A stretch of DNA of 64,000 bases. Origin: Squalus acanthias. Lineage: Eukaryota. The notes under the pieces were generated by a model, which worked only from the letters and a program-made list of their open reading frames with translations, was not told the origin of the DNA and made no database searches. The stretch covers positions 46,936,001 to 47,000,000 of the forward strand of contig CM059432.1 of the NCBI GenBank assembly GCA_030390025.1. Reading direction: 5' to 3'. The translations under genes and the position numbers were made by a program. Positions 1-13,107 of the stretch are shown here, piece after piece; within the stretch, counting starts at the first letter, position 1, and each line of letters starts with the position of its first letter.

Positions 1-617
1 TCAGTTCTGCAGTTCAATTTTAAAAGCCTGTGTTCAGCAGAAGTCAGTGCTGGAGTTACAGAGTTCAGGACAAGCAGGCAGAAGGCAGTCCCACAGCTCA
101 GAAGAAGACAGGTTAAACAGAGGCAGAGTTACAGCAAGAAGTTCAACAAAGAAGGCCAACAGCTTCACAAGCAGACCGACATGCAAGAAGAAACCAGAGC
201 GACTGCCTCAGTGACCATCGGACACCTCGCGGCAACAAGGGCCTTACGAAGCCTTTTACTCAAAAGACTCTAAACCCTAACTCTCAACTGTCAAGGATTC
301 GTTTGGTGAGCATTATCCCTGGTTCTCCAGAGTCCAACCTAGCTAGTGAAGTGGGATTGGGAGGGGTGAAGTATTCTTCTAATGTTATTTCCCTCGCCTG
401 TACCGCGTGTTCCCCAACCTGTGTTTAAGCATTAATAGTGTTTTAAGTTTGTTACCTTTTTCTTTTAGTCAAAATTCTTTCATCAGAACCTGTTGTCTAC
501 TGCATCTTTGTTCACAACCCCTAAATAAGTCCAAGGTCTAGAACCAGGGGCATGGGAGCGATTTGAACCGCTCACTGAGTCAGAGGTAAGGCTGACCCTA
601 CCACACCACCCCCTACA
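1..617 (+). mobile_element. Possible 3' part of a solo LTR
   Basis: Composition differs from the AT-rich flank and the block ends in ...CCCCTACA; 5' end is outside the window, so no TSD check. Confidence 0.25.
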
Positions 618-1320
618 AAGATCCTGAATTAAATAATATTTTAGTAATTTCCATTTCTAAGTTGGAGCACTCACTGCACAAATTTTCTCAAAGTATCTCT
701 GTAGTGACTTATTACAAACTCTGGGTAGGGTTTCCTTTGTGCAGTATTTGTAACAAATTCATGGGTCTATTTACAAAGAATAAGTTTTTGATTTTGTTGA
801 CCTAACGCACAAAGGATTTTTTCCCTCATACTATTGCAAACCATTTATTACAAAAAACATTTTCCTAGCAGCTTTGTTAATACCAGTAGAAATCTTCTAA
901 ACTTTAATCAATATAAAAGGTTTTACCATTGTTATAGGGTAAAATGTGGTGTTTTCCATCACTTTTGAAAGTGTTTGTGTGCAAGCATTTGATGAACACG
1001 AAAATGAGCTTGATTATAATGACTGCCACAGTCACTACCCAAGGGTACATATGAACAATCACCAATTGGGTAAAATTTTGGTGGGCACAGCGCCAGATTG
1101 CAGAACCAGAAACTAGCCTTCGAAGAAAAAATGGTATGAAAAAACAGCATAAAAATGGTTAGGTAGAAGCAACTAATTTGCCCCACATCAACTTAAATAG
1201 CTCCCTAAATTCCTCATGATCTTGGATTGTCATTTCATTTTCAACAGCAGTCAATATATTTTAGAATGCTTCAATATAGACAATAAATTAACTAACTTTG
1301 TGCCTCAGTGCTTTGCATAT

Positions 1321-3625
1321 CATAGAATGATATAGCACAGAAGGAGACCATTTGCCCATCCTGCCTGTGTTGGCTCTTTTAAAGAGCTATTCAATTAATC
1401 CCATTCCCCTGTTCTTCCCCAACAGCCCTGCAAATTTTGCCTCTTCAAGTATTTATCTAATTGCCTTTGAAAGTTATTACTGAATCTGCTTCCACCACCC
1501 TTTCAGACAGTACATTCCAGAACATAACAACTTGTTGCGTAAAAGAAATTCTCCTCATCTCACCTCTGGCTCTTTTGCCAATTACCTTCAATCTGCGTAC
1601 TCTGGTTACCGATCCTTCTGCCAGTAGACAGTTTCTCCTTATTTACTCTATCAAAACCCTTTATGATTTTGAACACCTCTTTTAAATCTCCCCTTAACCT
1701 TCTCTGCTCTAAGGAGAACAACCCCAGCTTCTCTAGTCTCTCCACATAACTGAAGTCTCATATCCCTGGTACCATTCTAGTAGATTTCCTCTGTACCCTC
1801 TCAAAGGCCTTGACATCTGGTGCCCAGAACTGGACACAATACTCCAGCTGGGGACTAACCAGTGATTTATAAAGTTTAGCATAACTTCCTTGCTTTTGTA
1901 CTCTATGCCTCTGTTTATAAAGCCAAGAACACTGTATGCTTTTTAACAGACTTCTCAATTTGTCCTGCCACCTTCAGAGATTTGTGTACACACACCCCCC
2001 AGGTCTCTCTGTTCCTGCACCCCATTTAAAATTGTACCATTTAGTTTATCACAGAATCCCCCACAGTGCAGATAGAGGCCATTTCGGCCCATCGAGCCTG
2101 CACCGACACATATCCCACCCTATCCCCGTAACCCCACGTATTTAATTCCCCTAACACTAAGGGTCAATTTATCATAGCCAAATCAACCTAACCCGCACAT
2201 CTTTGGACTGTGGGAGGAAACCAGAGCACCCGGAGGAAACCCACGCAGACACGGGGAGAATGTGCAAACTCCACACAGACAGTCACCTGAGGCCAGATTC
2301 GACCCCGGGTCCCTGGTGCTGTAAGGCAACAGTGCTAACCACTATGCCACCGTGTTGCCCACAAATATTGCCTCTCCTCATTCTCCCTACCAAAATGCAT
2401 CCCTTCACACTTCTCTGTGTTAAATTGCATCTGCCATGTGTCTGCTCGTTTCATCAGTCTGTATATGTTCTCCTAAACTCTGTTACTATTTTCTTTACTG
2501 TTTACTACAATTCTGAATTTTGTGTCATCTGCAAACTTTGAAATGATGCCCTCTATACCCAAGTCCAAGTCATTAATTTATATCAAAAGGAGCAGCGGTG
2601 CTAATACCGACTCCTGGGGGATACCACTGTATACTTCCCTTCAGTCTGAAAAATGGCCATTCACCACTACTCTCTGCTTTCTGTCTCTTAGCCAATTTCG
2701 TATCCATGTGGACATCAATTTTGCTATCAAGTCTATTATGTGGTACTTTATCAAAGATCTTTTGAAAGTCTATATACACAACATCAACCGCATTACCTGC
2801 ATCAATCCTCACCGTTACTTCACCAAAGAACCCAATCAAGTTAGTCAAAATGATTTGCCTTTAACAAATTTGTGCTGGCTGTCATTTGTTAACCCATGTT
2901 TTTCCAAGTGACAATTAATTTTGTCTCGGATTATTGTCTCTAAAAGTTTCCCCACCATTGACGTTAGGCTGACTGGCCTGTATGCCTGGTTTATCCCTCT
3001 CCTCTTTTTTGAATGGGGTGTAACATTTGCAATCCTTCAGTCCTCTGGCACCACCCCCATATCTAAGGAGGATTGTAAGATTGTGACCAGAGCCTCCACT
3101 ATCTCCACCCTTACTTCCCTCAGCAACCTAGGATGCATTCCAACTGGACCAGATGACTTTTCTGCTTTGAGCACTGCCAACCTTTGAAGTACCTCCTCTT
3201 TATCTATTTTTATCCTATCCAAATTCTCTATTACCTCCTCCTTACCTATGACATTGGCAGCATCCTCTTTTTTATTAAACACAGATGCAAAGTACACATT
3301 TAGTACCTCAACCATGCCCTCTGCCTCTACAACAAGATCTCCTTTTGGTTCCTAATTGGCTCCACCTTCCCTTTTACTATTTATATGTTTATAAAAGACT
3401 TTTGGGTTCCCTTTTATATTACCCACTAATCTATTCTCATACATTCGCTTTGCCCCTCTTTTTTCCTTTTTCAGTTCTCTGTACTTTCTGTATTCACCTT
3501 GGTTCTCCACTGTATTTATGAGCCTGACATTTATCATAAGCCTCCTTTTTTTGTTTCATTTCAATCTCTATACTTTTAGTTATCCAGGGAGCTCCAGCTT
3601 TGTATGCCCTTTCTCCTCATGGGAC
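1321..3625 (-). mobile_element. CR1 LINE, 5'-truncated and degraded (RT region plus 3' tail)
   Basis: Fragmented minus ORFs with CR1 RT motifs ([44 protein letters not shown]); ATTCTATG-type tail at 1321. Confidence 0.92.
2050..2360 (-). mobile_element. HE1-like tRNA-derived V-SINE inserted in CR1
   Basis: Minus strand: tRNA head GGTGGCATAGTGGTTAGCAC, V-domain TGTGTGGAGTTTGCACATTCTCCCCGTGTCTGCGTGGGTTTCCTCCGGGTGCTC, CR1-type 3' tail. Confidence 0.9.
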
Positions 3626-3629
3626 TAGA

Positions 3630-4109
3630 AAATAAGAACATAAGAATTAGGAACATAAGAGTAGGCCATTGAGCCCCTCGAGCCTGTTCTGCCATTCAAT
3701 GAGATCATGGCTGATCTGCGACCTAACTCCATATACCCGCCTTTGGCCCATATCCCTTAATACCTTTGGTTAACAAAAAGCTATCAATCTCAGATTTAAA
3801 ATTAATAATTGATCTAACATCAATTGCCATTTGTGGAAGAGAGTTCCAAACTTCTACCACCCTTTGTGTGTAGAAGTGTTTCCTAGTTTCACTCCTGAAA
3901 GGTCTGGCTCTAATTTTTAGACTATGTCCCCTAGTCCTAGAATCCCCAAACAGCAGAAATAGTTTCTCTCTATCTACCCTATCTGTTCCCCTTAATATCG
4001 TGAAAACTTTGATCCGATCACCCCTTAGCCTTCTAAATTCATGGGAATACAACCTTAATTTGTGTAAACTCTCCTCGTAACTTAACCCTTGAAGTCTGGT
4101 TATCATTCT
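3630..4109 (-). mobile_element. CR1 3' fragment
   Basis: ORF2 C-terminus (RTRGHSLKIR...FYTQRVVEVWNSLP) and TTCTTATG tail. Confidence 0.88.
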
Positions 4110-4392
4110 GGAGTAGGCCATATGGCCCCTAGAGCCTGCTCCGCCATTCAATAAGATCATGGCTTATCTTCGACCTCAACTCCACTTTCCCACCCTATCT
4201 CCATATCCCTTGATTCCCCTAGAGTCCAAAAATCTATCTATCTCAGCTTTGAATATACTCAACAATTCAGCATCCACAGCCCTTTGGGGTAGAGAATTCT
4301 ATAGATTCAGAACCCTCTGAGTGAAGAAATTCCTCCTTGTCTCAGTCTTAAATAGCCGACCCGTTATCCTGAGACTATGCCCCCTAGTCCTA
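4110..4392 (-). mobile_element. Second CR1 3' fragment, head-to-tail with the previous one
   Basis: 3' UTR motif GAATGGCGGAGCAGGCTC...GGCCTACTCC and ORF2 C-terminal sequence. Confidence 0.85.
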
Positions 4393-4999
4393 GGGGGAAA
4401 AATTCAGTTGCTTTGCGCCTCCCGTTAGCATCCTAAGAGGGCGCTAATGGGGCGCAAAGCAACTAGTGCCTGGGCGCGGCGCCACCAGCGCTTCCCGCAA
4501 AATTCAGAGGGAGGTTAGCGGCGGCAGTAACCGTTAGCGCCCCATGGCATTGCGCCACCAGTGATGACGTCATCGCCGTGCGCAGCACCCCACTCGCGTC
4601 CCAGCCATGATCTTCGGTAGCGCCCCCTAACTTACCGCCTGACGCTATGTCCGACGGGATCAGGGGGGCCTATATGCGGCCGGGGCAGCGCTAATTAAAG
4701 GCGAGGTGCCGGGCAGCCATTTTTGTTGCTGGCCACCTGCCAGCACCTGCCCCCGTTGCCGTCCCCGGCCTTCTGAGAAGCCCCTGAGCCCGGCACTTCT
4801 CTTGCGTGCCGGACTCTTTTGCCGGCACTCCGATCCCTGGTGGCCCAGCTGGGCCCCGGGTTGCACTGCGCAAGGCCCCTCCCCTTTAAGAAGGGGAGGA
4901 AGGCCTGCGATATTGACTCGCAGCGCCCCAAGAGGGAAGCGGGGCGCTTCCAGTAGCGCCCCTCCTCCCTCTTGGGGTGCTACCTGGGAAAATCGGCTC
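4393..4999 (+). mobile_element. Harbinger-type GC-rich terminal region or MITE
   Basis: Starts GGGGGAAAAATT; similar to MITEs 13412-14047 and 17737-18336; abuts a Harbinger transposase remnant; no matching TSD found. Confidence 0.7.
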
Positions 5000-6243
5000 A
5001 GGGTCTCTCTTGGTCTGGAGGAGGAGGAATGGAAGGAGGAGATGAGGTCGGGCAGAGCAGCACCAGCTGCTAGAGGAGAGAGGGACAGGAGGACTCTCAG
5101 CAGGAGGCCCTACTCCTACATTCACATGTCCCAAGACCAGTGTATGAGGAGGCTGCATTTACCAAGGAGGTTTTTACAGAGCTCTGTAGCCTCGTGGAAG
5201 GAACATAAGAACATAAGAAATAGAAGCAGGAGTAGGCCATTCGGCCATTCAATGAGATCATGGCTGATCTTCTGCCTCAACTCCATTCACCGGCCCTATC
5301 GATAAGACTCAGACGTCGCAACACAGCCAGGACTGCATTGCCTGTGGCAGTCAAGGTCATAGTGTTACTTAAGTTTTATGCTACTGGAACATTCCAGGAT
5401 GCCACAGGTGATATCAGTCACATATCCCAATCTTCTGTGCACTTCTGCATAAGGGAGGTCGCTGAGGCTCTATACGCTCTGAGTAATGACTATATATCAT
5501 TCCCTATATATCATTCAGTATTGCCAGACAAGACCAGAGTCAGAGAGCTCTCGGATTCAACAGGATTGCATGATTCCCCATGGTCCAGGAAGCCATTGAC
5601 TGTACACATGTGGCCATGCGAACCCCTCATTTAAACTCGGAGGTGTTCAGGAACAGGAAGGGATTCCATTCCCTCAATGTGCAACTCATGTGCGACCACC
5701 GGCAGCACATCATGCAGGTGAATGCTTGCTATCCAGGGAGCTGCAAAGATACTTTTATAATGAGACCGTCATCCATCCGACAGATCTTTGAGCCCCAACG
5801 CAATGTGCATGGCTGGCTACTAGGTGACAAGGGATACCCTCTGATGCCATGGTTCATGAATTCCCTGAGAAAGCCCCAGACACCAGCTGAGCACTCATAC
5901 AATGAGAGCCACTCAGCCACCAGAAATATCATTGAGCAGACCTTTGGTGTCCTCAAGCAGAAGGGTTAAGATGCCTTGACTGGTCAGGAGGTGCCCTGCA
6001 GTACTCGGCCAAGAAGGTCTCCAGATTCGTGCTGACTTGCTGTATCCTCCACAATCTGGCGATCATGAGAGACCAGTCATTACCACCAGCAATTGTGCCA
6101 GAGGGTTAAGCTCAGGAGCCACAAGAGCAGGAGGAGGAGGTTGAAGAGGAGAAGGAAGACCAGGAGGAGCACAAGAGGGTTCCAGGTACATGGGCTGCAC
6201 CTGCGAGGGACAATCGCCGCCATCCAATTGAAGGCCGCTTTTG
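5000..6243 (+). pseudogene. PIF/Harbinger DDE transposase (HARBI1-like) pseudogene
   Basis: Frameshifted motifs [58 protein letters not shown]. Confidence 0.92.
5201..5305 (-). mobile_element. Short CR1 3' tail inserted in the transposase
   Basis: (TTCTTATG)n tail and GGCCTACTCCTGCT motif on minus. Confidence 0.75.
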
Positions 6244-6522
6244 AGAGATATCCTCCATCATCAGACTTCAGAGCACTGTTGCCACATGCCTTACCTTCCA
6301 CAACTGAGGATCAATCAAGAAATCCACCATCTTCACTCAATCCTTTCAACCCCTTCCCCATGAAGAACACAATAAAAAAGACGACCAATTCCACCACTAC
6401 CCAATTACCATAATCACTCTTTATCTATACCAAAACAAAATATGAAAACATGACACAACCAACAGCACATATTATATTAAACAGCACAACAAATATTAAA
6501 CTAGTCACCCTGGTGCTTACTC

Positions 6523-7625
6523 TTAGTGGCTATCTATAAGTGCTTTGCCTACACTGCTGCTTCTACGAAGTGCAACCCGAGTGACAGTAGCACGCAAGGT
6601 GGATGGCTGCTGAGAATCTGAAGTGGGAAGTTCAGGTGTCCTCCTGGGACGCCCTCTAGAGTCTGTGGGCCATGATGGCCCCGCCTCAGACTGCACCATC
6701 TCATCATGGGCTTGAGTAGTCTGGGCCGCCTGGCTGACAGGCAACTGCAAGGGCAATGGTGGGGTGGCAGGAGAGGGAGCAGGAATGCTGCCATCCGGAG
6801 AGAAGCCAGTAGGTTCCTTCTCTGTGATTCCCACGTCACTTCCTCGGGGCATCTGTTCAGCCAGCCCAGTGATCTGCTGGAGGACAGATCTCTGGGCAGC
6901 TGAGACACTCTGCGAGCCCATTTCAACCGTGGAGCCCAGATCCACCATGGCAACTGTCTGAGCTTCCATTGCAGCACTTTGTCGTTCCATGGATGCTGCA
7001 ATGATTGTAATGGAATCAGTCAGAGCTTCCATTGCACCATTTACACATTCAATGGAAGCTGTTTGGTGTTCCATGGAAACTGCTATGACTGTCGAGTGGA
7101 CTCGGATGAGGACCTCAATGGGCCAAGCTACAGAAGAAGGCTGATGTGTGTACACACCCAAATGTTTGGTGGACTAGAAATCCTGCCCTGGTTGAAGTGC
7201 TCTGCGATGTGTCTGAGGTGTGAGTAGTGCCTGTGAAGGATGCAATAGTGTGGGTTGTGTGAATGTCAGTGTATAGTTAGAGGTTGTGATGCTGGTGGTG
7301 GTGGTGCAGTTATTGAGAAGTGTTTTTCTGAGATGGGATCTTACCTTGACCACTCGTGTTAAATCATTAAATTTTTTGCGGTCCAGGAGCTATGTCCTGG
7401 GGCAGTGCTCCTGGCTGTGACCTCCTCAGCGATCTCCTGCCACATCCACTGCATTAGTTGCCTCTGTGGCCTCCTTCCCCCTGTGGCTACAGGACATTCC
7501 CTCCTCTGCTGTACCTCCTCCACCAGGACCTCCAGTGCCGCCTCTGAGCCCTCTCCCTCGGTACCTGAGCCATCCTGAGAAGTGCTGTCATCCTGCTCCT
7601 TCAGTTTCACTGTTAGCCAACGCAT
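6523..7625 (-). pseudogene. Harbinger Myb/SANT-like partner gene remnant
   Basis: Exon 1 SEAALEVLVEEVQQRR...WQEIAEEVTA with AAG|GTAAG donor at 7345; coiled-coil/Pro-rich last exon about 6523-7090; convergent with the transposase; TIR-like AAAATAACCCCC ends at 7808. Confidence 0.8.
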
Positions 7626-7950
7626 CTTTGTGTCAGCCAGCCAGTGGAACTGTGTGTGTGGAGGCTAACCCTGCAGGTCTCCGTTTTAGCGCCTCCAGAC
7701 ACGTTTAAATCATGGTAATCAGCAAAATCCAGACTTTTAAACAGGCGTGTTTTATTAGCACAGCTCCCACTAAGCACCTGTTTTCACCCTTTCCTCAAAA
7801 TAACCCCCTCAATCTTTGAACGCTCAAGTACATCATCCCTTTCCAGTGCTGTAACAGCATCTTTGACCAATACTGCCACCCCCTCCTTTTTTTCCTTCCC
7901 TATCTTTCTTCAATACCTTGTCGCCAACCCTTGTCCCTTTTTCATTTCAG

Positions 7951-8870
7951 ATACTCAAGAACTGGAACCTACCCAGGCAGTGGAGGAAGAGGAAGAAGAA
8001 AGTGAAGATGAAAACACACAGTCACTCGATCTCACAGTCACAGCCACCAGCTCAGATACTGACGCTGAGTGGTATTTTACAGGATAGGATAGAGGAGGGG
8101 TATGCACTTGGTGAGACACCGGGTACAAGTGCGCAGGAGCCAGGGCAGGGGGAAAGGATAGCAGAGGTGCCAGTTCACCGGAGGGCAAGGTCGTACACTA
8201 GTTCTGCTGCAGTGGAATCAGATGAGGACCTCGATGGGCCAGTCTAAAGAAGAAGGCTGATGTGTGTACACACCCAAATATTTGGTGCACTAGAAACCCT
8301 GCCAGAAAGCCTGCGCTCAATGTCAAGGAGCACAGAGGAGTCCAGCACCAAGTTGGCCTAAGGCTTTGTGCAGAGCTTGGAGCCCATTCTTTCCCACATG
8401 GAACAGGTGGTCACCTCCATCAGCACACCTGTGGAATCAACTATGATGCAGCGTCTGATAGCCGATGTCTCAGCTTCCATTGCAGCACAAGCAGCAGCCA
8501 CCTAAAGTCTGAGTGCTACAGTGGAATCTCAGACTGCTGTCATGCAATCATGGCTCTGGATACCACTGTTCAAAGGGGCTTCCAGGGTGTCACTGCACTC
8601 CAGCAATCTGTTCTCCAACAAATCATTAAGATTGCTGAGGCGCTGCCCTGGGAGAGTGGCAGTGGCTCCATGAAGTACGAACCTGCTCCCCTCTCTCAGG
8701 ATGACAGCATTCATGCTCCCACCCCTGCCACACCGCCATTGCCCTTGCTGTTGCCTGTCAGCCAACCAGCCAGCCCAAGCTGAGATGGTGCAGTCTGAAG
8801 CCGGGCCTCCTAGGCCCAGAGCTGCTCAAGTTCGCTCCTCCAAGGCCATCTGCAGTCTTCTCAACTGAAG
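7951..8870 (+). pseudogene. Last exon of the Myb/SANT-like gene of a second, inverted Harbinger
   Basis: Acceptor TTTCATTTCAG at 7950, then acidic DTQELEP...EEEEEESEDE, SSDTD, SDEDLDGP, QQSVLQQI; homologous to 22245-23270. Confidence 0.78.
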
Positions 8871-8908
8871 GTCAGTGCTCTATAATATTCCTTGTGACAG
8901 CATGGCTC

Positions 8909-9741
8909 TCATTGTATGCCTGCTGTGCATGGGTTCCTGACCAGAGTCATGATCCATGTCATGAGTAGATAACCCTTGTTGCCCTGAAGCCACCGTTTGA
9001 TTTGCCATGTTAGTTCAAATACAGCTGGCACACGGGACTGCTGCAGAATGAATGAATCATTAGCACTGCCAGGATAACGGGGACTCACCTGCATGATGCA
9101 CTGCCTCTGGTCACATACCAGCTGCACATTGAGGGAGTGGAATCTCTTTTGGTTCAGGAGAATGGCAGAGTTGACATGAGGCACACGCAAAGCAGTATGC
9201 GTGCAGTCAATGGCACCCTGCACCATAGGGAAGCCTCCAATCTGAGCAAACCCTCGTCCTCGCTCTGCTTGCTTGTCTCTGGCAAGAGTGAATGAGATGA
9301 AGCTGTCTCTTTTCTTATAGAGAGCCTCAGTGACCGCCCCCCCCCCCACCACCTTGCAGCAGTGTACAGCAAACTGCGAAATGTTGCTTATACCTCTAGC
9401 AGCAGCTTGGAAGGAGCCGGATGCATAAACATCCTTAGCCAGAGCCGCACGCAATGCGGTCCTGGCCCTGCTCTGAGGTTAGAGTTGTGGCTGCAGCAGT
9501 TGGCAGATTTCAGCCATGACCTCTTTAGTGAAGCACAGACGTCTCAAGCATTGGTTGTCGTGAATTTCAGGAGAGAGAATTGCTCCCAAAACATCCTCTG
9601 TGGATATGGCCTACTGCTAAGAGTCCTCCTCCTCCTCCCTCTTCTAGCAGCTTGTACTGCTCTGTGTGGCCTCTCTTCCTTCTCCCAGTCATACCCGATT
9701 CTAAGGGGAAGGCCCATTAGGCCACCCATGTCTGCAAGCAA
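8909..9741 (-). pseudogene. PIF/Harbinger transposase pseudogene of the second element (about 7811-10135)
   Basis: RRPYP-like N-terminus, [31 protein letters not shown]; frameshifted and C-terminally deleted. Confidence 0.9.
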
Positions 9742-10842
9742 TTGGTTTCAGCACAAGACTTTAAGTCACCAAAAAAGTACTTCAGCACCAGCCAGACCAC
9801 TCCCTGTAGACTATTGAAACTTTAAACAAGTATGGAAAAGCTTAGTAAAATGCATAGAATTGCATTAACAGCCAGAATAAATAATCCAGCAACTAACTTG
9901 TAAATACTTCATGCTCTCTGTAAATACCGCTGGTGGGGGGCGGGGTCCTTCATGCCATTTAAACGTTGTGTTCAGCTGTGCAAGGTTAAGAGAGGGCATA
10001 GGCATAGGCTGCAGCGTGGAGCTTGAAAATTGCAGCGCTGGCGTCAAATCAGCATTACACACTGATTGACGTCATGATCTGCCTGCTCGGCATGCTGCCT
10101 GCGGTCATTAGGTGTGCGCGCGCAAGCCTCTTTACAAATAGCATGCAGAGGACATTTTTCCCACACATGGTACACTGGAGAAGGCAGTGTAGCAATGCTG
10201 TGTTTCTGCTGAAGATAAAATCCACAACCTGTAAATCCGCTGTATATCTGTATCCAAGTATAAGTACCAGGATCAGCTAGCCAGAAAACTCCATCACTCC
10301 TGGCTCACACTGGGAGCATGCCGGAAAGACCCACAGATATTTAGCACCTGCATTCTCCTGTTTAAATAGTAATGTTCACATTGCTGCAACCCAGCTTCAG
10401 TTATTGCTATCAGGTTCCATCTTTTTCAGTGGTTAGGTTCTCAAAAATAAAACCTACTTATTTGATCATTGCTTTCTCATACTAATCTACACAGCATGCT
10501 TTTGTGTCTTACTGTAATCATCCCGTCTCTTTCCCCTGTCTCTGTCAAGTAAACAATAGATGGAAATTTAACAGAATTAAAAAGTCAAAATAAAAAAGTT
10601 GTCCAGTGTAATGTCAGCAGCAAAGATTATTTAGGGGCAAAATCAATCTCTAACAGTCCCTGGAAAACATACACACAATTCATTTTTAACACTGGGTAGT
10701 AAAAGCGCCAGCAATAAATTTATTTTTACTGTTGCGTGCTCACGGAAGAGATTACGAAAAAAAATGACAGATCTTATGACAAAAATATATAATGACTATC
10801 TGTTATTGATGGCCAAGGATATGGTTTCCTTTCTCGTATCAG

Positions 10843-10914
10843 GCACCATCATTTCATCCAACAGTTTTTTTCAGAAATGAAAGCACGGAGGTGCAATGCC
10901 ACAGGGATTGACAA
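10843..10914 (+). CDS. Candidate upstream host exon (HHHFIQQFFSEMKARRCNATGID)
   Basis: Pyrimidine tract plus AG, 72 nt, phase 2-2 and so compatible with exon 31041; donor GTAATA is weak. Confidence 0.3.
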
Positions 10915-11348
10915 GTAATATATTAAAAATCCAACATCTGTTTGGATGTCCTGTCAACTTTTCCCATTATAAATTCCTGATATCCACATTTGTAATGGAA
11001 ACTGCCTATATAAACTTGTTATGTCCTCCTTTTTCCCCTTATGCTTCTGTGAAGCACCTTGGGACGTTTTTCTACATTAAAGGTACTATATAAATGCAAC
11101 TTGTTGTTGTTGCTTCTGCCTTATAATTCCTGAAGTCAGCTTTTAATCAAAAGCATCCATTTTACACTATCATCCAAAGTCAATATTACCCCCGGAGCGT
11201 GACTCTGATAATCAAGGCTACAGTGTTGTAGCCCTGTATCCGACCCACACTTCTGACTCCCCGCTGGAAGCATACAAGAGGGGAGTTAATGACGCACCCC
11301 CCTCCCCTCCACCTTTCTTTTGCTCTTTAAATAACTAACCTAATTTTC

Positions 11349-11427
11349 ATAGCATGGATCATAGAATGATACAGCACAGAAGGGGGCCATTCGGCCCATC
11401 GTGCCTGCCGACTCTTTGAAAGAGCTG
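11349..11427 (-). mobile_element. Short CR1 3' tail
   Basis: Matches the tails at 1321 and 33258. Confidence 0.75.
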
Positions 11428-11454
11428 AAATGTTTCAAACTCTTTGGAGCTTAA

Positions 11455-13001
11455 AGGCTCGATTTTGCTAGGCCTGAGGAGGCGGGATTGGAGGTGTGTG
11501 GGGTGTTAAAATCGCAAAAAATGACGGGCGGCTCCAATCCCACCTCCAGCCCGCCTCCGAGCAATTTTCCCAGAATCGGGGTTTCAGACCCCGTTTCCAT
11601 CCTGCCTCCAAGAGGCGAGATAGGCACTTAAGGCCCTTAACAACCAGTTAAGTGCCTCAATAATCCCATTTTGAGAGGCCTTTCTGAATTTAACACTTTT
11701 CCCCCGTGCTGCACGTCTCCTCTGGAACACGCCAGTTAATCCTAGTGGCCTTACAAGCTGCAGCTCCACCATTAAAAAGGAGTTTTCAGCAATTATCATT
11801 TGCAGGTGGCAGAACTTTGTTGTCTCAGGTCTGGGGGAACTTTTAGCAGGCCTACTCATTGTTGTGGAAGTTTGGAGCCTGAGACCCATCTCCAGTGTGA
11901 CTTCCTGGGAAACCCCTCTCCCCACCTTGACTGAGCGCTTCCTCAACTGAGGTATATACCAGAAGAATGGGAACCATTTATTTCCTTTCCTCCTGGACAT
12001 CAGATTCGGACGAAGACCAGCCGCGGCAGCAGCAGAACCCTGAACAACAGCAGCACCAACAGCAGGAGCAACAACAGGAGCGCCAAGCTGCTGCTCACCC
12101 ACCTGAAGCTGCACAGGCAAGAAGGCGCCAGCGCATGGAAGCTCGTCGCCACAGGAGATACCCCCAAAACAGGGTTTACAGACAGAGGATGAGCTACCTC
12201 AACATGACTGAGCAGCAGTGCCAAAGGAGGCTCAGACTTTCGCGAGAGGTAGTGGGTGACATCTGCGCAATGCTGCAGCAAAACCTGGAGCCCAGAGGAG
12301 CAGGTGGACACCCCTTACCAGTGGCCGTCAAAGTCACCACCGCACTCAACTTTTTTGCTTCAGGCTCATTCCAGGGATCAGCAGTAGACATCAGCAGCAT
12401 CTCCCAGGTGGCCGCACACACTTGTATCACGCAGGTAACCGATGCCCTCTTTGCCATTGCGCACTACATCAACTTTTCCAAGGATCAAGCAAGTGTAAGT
12501 GCGCGTGCAGTTGGATTCGCTAATCTGGCAGGCTTTCCAAGGGTGCAGGGCGTCGTTGACTGCACACATGTGGCCCTTAAGGCACCCCATCACAATCCAG
12601 GTATTTTTGTCAACTGCAAGGGCTTCCACTCCCTCAACGTACAGCTGGTGTGTGACCACAAGAAGGAAATTTTACATGTTTGCGCCAACTACCCTGGTAG
12701 TTGCCATGACTCCTTCATCCTGCGGCAGTCTAGTGTGCCTCCGCTCTTCAGTCTGCCAGACCAACTTTGCGGATGGCTACTTGGAGACAAGGGCTATCCC
12801 CTGAAGACATGGCTAATGACGCCGCTGAGGAGCCCATCCAACGAAGCTGAGGAGCGCTACAACTCCAGCCACATTTCCACCAGATCCATAATCGAACAAA
12901 CCATCGGCTTGCTGAAGATGCGCTTCAGATGCCTTGTTAGATCAGGTGGAGCCCTGCAGTACTCAGCAGCCAGGGTCTCCAGAATCGACAAAATCCAGCC
13001 C
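11455..13001 (+). mobile_element. PIF/Harbinger deletion derivative, transposase only
   Basis: TIRs AGGCTCGATTTT / AAAATCCAGCCC; TAA TSD at 11452-11454 and 13002-13004. Confidence 0.9.
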
Positions 13002-13004
13002 TAA
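11967..13004 (+). CDS. Harbinger DDE transposase (HARBI1-like), uninterrupted 345 aa, C-terminally truncated
   Basis: [48 protein letters not shown]; lacks the CC.LHN segment seen in the 5000-6243 copy. Confidence 0.9.
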   Translation: MGTIYFLSSWTSDSDEDQPRQQQNPEQQQHQQQEQQQERQAAAHPPEAAQARRRQRMEARRHRRYPQNRVYRQRMSYLNMTEQQCQRRLRLSREVVGDICAMLQQNLEPRGAGGHPLPVAVKVTTALNFFASGSFQGSAVDISSISQVAAHTCITQVTDALFAIAHYINFSKDQASVSARAVGFANLAGFPRVQGVVDCTHVALKAPHHNPGIFVNCKGFHSLNVQLVCDHKKEILHVCANYPGSCHDSFILRQSSVPPLFSLPDQLCGWLLGDKGYPLKTWLMTPLRSPSNEAEERYNSSHISTRSIIEQTIGLLKMRFRCLVRSGGALQYSAARVSRIDKIQP

Positions 13005-13107
13005 ATGTTTCAAACTCTTTGGAGCATCATTGCAACTCCTGATTTCAGCCGATTGCATGCAAATTGGTCCCGTCCCCAAAGTTACCAACTTTTCTCATCT
13101 GCTATTC

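Noticed and set aside
972..1135. Possible host exons near the window start (donor GTATGA at about 1134)
   Set aside because: No single stop-free frame with a convincing acceptor and a phase matching downstream exons
4400..5000. CpG-island promoter and GC-rich ORFs (also 13412-14047, 17737-18336)
   Set aside because: These are Harbinger MITE or terminal sequences; the ORFs reflect GC content
11967..13004. Host HARBI1 gene
   Set aside because: Enclosed by TIRs and a TSD and C-terminally truncated, so it is a transposon copy
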